From NCBI GenBank assembly GCA_976551045.1, contig CDPCPM010000104.1, positions 1,364,001-1,428,000 on the forward strand: 64,000 nt of DNA, given 5' to 3'. This document shows positions 61,413-64,000 of this stretch, in pieces. This stretch comes from Glaucostegus cemiculus (Eukaryota). The position numbers were made by a program, and so were the translations under genes. A model generated the notes under the pieces. It did no database searches and had not been told where the DNA came from. It saw only the letters and a list, made by a program, of their open reading frames with translations. Numbering within the stretch: position 1 is the stretch's first letter; the number at the start of each line of letters is the position of its first letter.

Positions 61413-62648
61413 GGAAATATGGACTTGAGCACATTGATTTTTATTTTGTTCAACACAAATGCATCTTTAATTGATGGTGCTAAGTAGTGAATGTGTGTTC
61501 AAATCCACTTCTGAATTTTGGCCTGTTAATGCTAAAAACTGGATTTCTGAAGCAGAATAAAATACTTGCGTGCTACTTTTTCACATGGTTGGCAAGTAAC
61601 CAAGAAAGAATTTTTTACCCCTATATATTAAATCTAACTTCAATTGGATTAATTGCAGCATGGTATAACTTTACAAATGAAACTATTGCCCCTTTGGATC
61701 ATTGAAGTAAATCTGTTATGTTCAGATGGTTTTGGATCTGCTACATTTCCAGAGATTTCTAAACAGAGTAGAAACAACAGGAATGATTCAATTTCTGAGC
61801 AATCATGAATGGTAAAATTATCATTTATTATTGTTTCTTTTGGATAGAATCATGAAGAAAATATCCACAGCACTCAGGCAAATCCTATAGTGAGAATGCT
61901 AGGTTCAACTTTTTTCAGACATGCCAAATGTTTGCCAGCAGCACATAAAAGGTCCCTTCCTCTCCTGCTTTCACCTGTTCCATGTGATCTGGTGGACATG
62001 ACGCAGCAGTCACCAGTCACTACCTTAGGGACAGTTCTGTCTGAGACAGAAGTCAAGATAAACCCAGATTAGTTCACCCAGAACTTTCTGGAACCCCTTG
62101 CAATTTAAAAAAAATACTGGAAACTCTGGGGGGTTCCATTTATGGAGCCAGGCAGCTCACTATATGCAGTAGTGGGCATTGACCAACCCTCTGCCCCTGC
62201 TGTCTATTGAGTACCTTTTACACTTGAGAGTTTCATAGAATGTACCCTCAGTAAATGCTCTCCAGTGCATAGAATGCTTACTAGATTACTTCTATCTAAC
62301 ATTGATGTGCTACCTGCACCTACTACATCTCATGAAAACTTTTTATATCCCGTACTGTTTTAGATCTCCATTGAAGTCAATGAAATTGAATGTTTAGTGC
62401 TGGTGTCCAAAGATGAATTTCTACCTATTATTGCTTTGGAATGTTTCATTGTATTATAGGTACTTTTTAAGTGCATGTTCTGCAATATGGGTAACATTGA
62501 CAAGAGACTATTAGTTGCCTTAGGTGTGCTAATAATTAAGAGTTAACCATGTAGCGTGAGGCTGGTAAGAGAGACAGGTGTTTTTTTCCACAGGTTTCTT
62601 TCTCCAGAGGAACTATTGGGTTTTAAATGACAATCAGCCAATTCTCAT

Positions 62649-63185
62649 GAGTACACAAGTGAAGAAGTCTTGCTCCAAGTCTTTGGTGAGACCACAGCTA
62701 GAATACAATGTGGAGTTTTGCTCACTTTTTCCTGAGAAGGGATGTTTTTGGCTGAGAGGTTGTGTGGGAAGAGGGGTTGTGTTTTGAAGGGATATTGAGA
62801 AGGATGGATCTGTGCTCACTGGAGCCTAGAAGAATGAGAGGTGATCTCCATGAAAAATGCAGGATTCTGAGAGAGATTAACAGGGCCCATGTTGTGAAGC
62901 TTTTACCTCTGGATGGGCACCTTACCTCAGAATAAGAGCTTGACCAATTATGACTAATGAGGAAATATTTCAGAATCTCTGGCATTCACTTCAACAGAGG
63001 TTGCAAATGATCATTTGTTGAGTCCTTTCGAAGCTGCACATGATAGAGTTTTGTAATCAGCGATGCAGTGTCTGGGCAAGAAGGTGGACTTGAGATAGAG
63101 GATCAGCTGTGAGTTTACAGAATGGTAGAGCAGGTTTGAATGTCCACATGGCTCACTCCTGCTGCTACTACTTATTATTCTAATG
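62649..63185 (+). mobile_element. Degraded CR1-type LINE fragment
   Basis: LVRPQLEYNVEFCS and agaagaatgagaggtgatctc (RRMRGDL) motifs, CR1-like 3'UTR. Confidence 0.8.
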
Positions 63186-63684
63186 GTTACAATTGCAAGA
63201 AATATTTCTTTAAAAAGTCGGTACAGGTTTGTTATTTTTAAGATTGTCATGTGGAGTGGAGAAGGAATTGTCATTATGGTCCTGCTCCATCTTCGGTTTG
63301 CGTTGCAACAAATCAGTAACAGGTCTATATTTGATGTGATAGACTTTCTTTTCCTCAACATTGGACAATATTATAGAGGAGCCAAATCACAATCACAACA
63401 ACTTCTGCCAGAACTGAATCACAAGTTCTCAAATATTTCTGCATCGTCTAACTATAGGGGATCAAATAGCATACTAGCATGAATTGCTCAGCAGAACCTA
63501 CTGAAAATAATCACAAGATATTAGATATAAAGAACCTCCTTTTTCTGCCAAGAACATGTGGATAGGAAGGTAGGTTTTCTCTGGACAAATCTCGAAATGG
63601 AAAGATGAAACAGTGGCAGGGATATCTTATACCTGTTTTGCCTACATCATTTCAACAGCTTAAATGACCTTGGGGTATCAATGA

Positions 63685-63897
63685 AAAAGAGAAAAACTGA
63701 AATAGTAAGTTGCAGTATTGCTTTGCAGAACACTTCTGTTCAGATTGCAAGGGTGATTCTGAACTTCTAATCACCTGTTCCTTTAATTCTCCATCCCTGA
63801 CCATTTTGATCCACGTCTTTGACTTCCTATGCTGTTCCAACGATGCCTAGCTCAAGCTCAAAAAAAAGTACCTCACCTTTGGCCTGGGTATTACGAA
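63685..63897 (+). mobile_element. Penelope-like element GIY-YIG endonuclease C-terminal remnant
   Basis: Translates CFAEHFCSDCKGDSELLITCSFNSPS...LKLKKKYLTFGLG, resembling the PLE pattern RF.EH...PVA.HFN...RK..E..LIF.LGT. Confidence 0.65.
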
Positions 63898-64000
63898 GTA
63901 GCTTACTATAGGCAAATATCCCTTTAAGATGGGACATTGTGTGTGTGTGCAACGTATTACGTCAACAGAAGATAAGACGAATGTGATGAGGTCATTATAA

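Noticed and set aside
1-64000. Most ORF-track entries as genes, or any operon, CRISPR or defence system
   Set aside because: This is intron-rich vertebrate DNA. The ORFs are short, many begin at TTG/GTG, and they show no recognisable domains. No regularly spaced repeat-spacer array was seen.
32100-64000. MDS1 exon 1 or 2 inside the window
   Set aside because: No matching coding sequence was recognised; these exons should lie beyond the right edge, across a very long intron.

Overview
Vertebrate genomic DNA, most likely a cartilaginous fish (probably a ray), judged from the V-SINE, CR1, Rex1 and Penelope-like repeat content. The whole window lies inside the MECOM (MDS1/EVI1, PRDM3) locus on the minus strand. 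Three coding exons are visible with canonical AG/GT boundaries and compatible phases: 28071-27940 (PR/SET domain), 5088-4986 (end of PR domain plus the EVI1 start MKS) and 2253-2055 (zinc finger 1 and start of finger 2). About 30-32 kb is a CpG island that is the likely internal EVI1 promoter with several candidate non-coding first exons, and 32-64 kb is the long upstream MDS1-EVI1 intron. Almost all ORF-track entries are spurious or repeat-derived. I see no prokaryote-type system and no clearly novel gene. The best leads are a chain of upstream ORFs ending in a UGAUG stop-start on the EVI1 AUG, a CTCF motif about 2.7 kb upstream of the promoter, a TATA-Inr mini first exon, hammerhead-ribozyme relics in Penelope-like repeats, and a tails-out inverted Rex1 pair. 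Comparisons with human sequence and literature are from memory and need checking.
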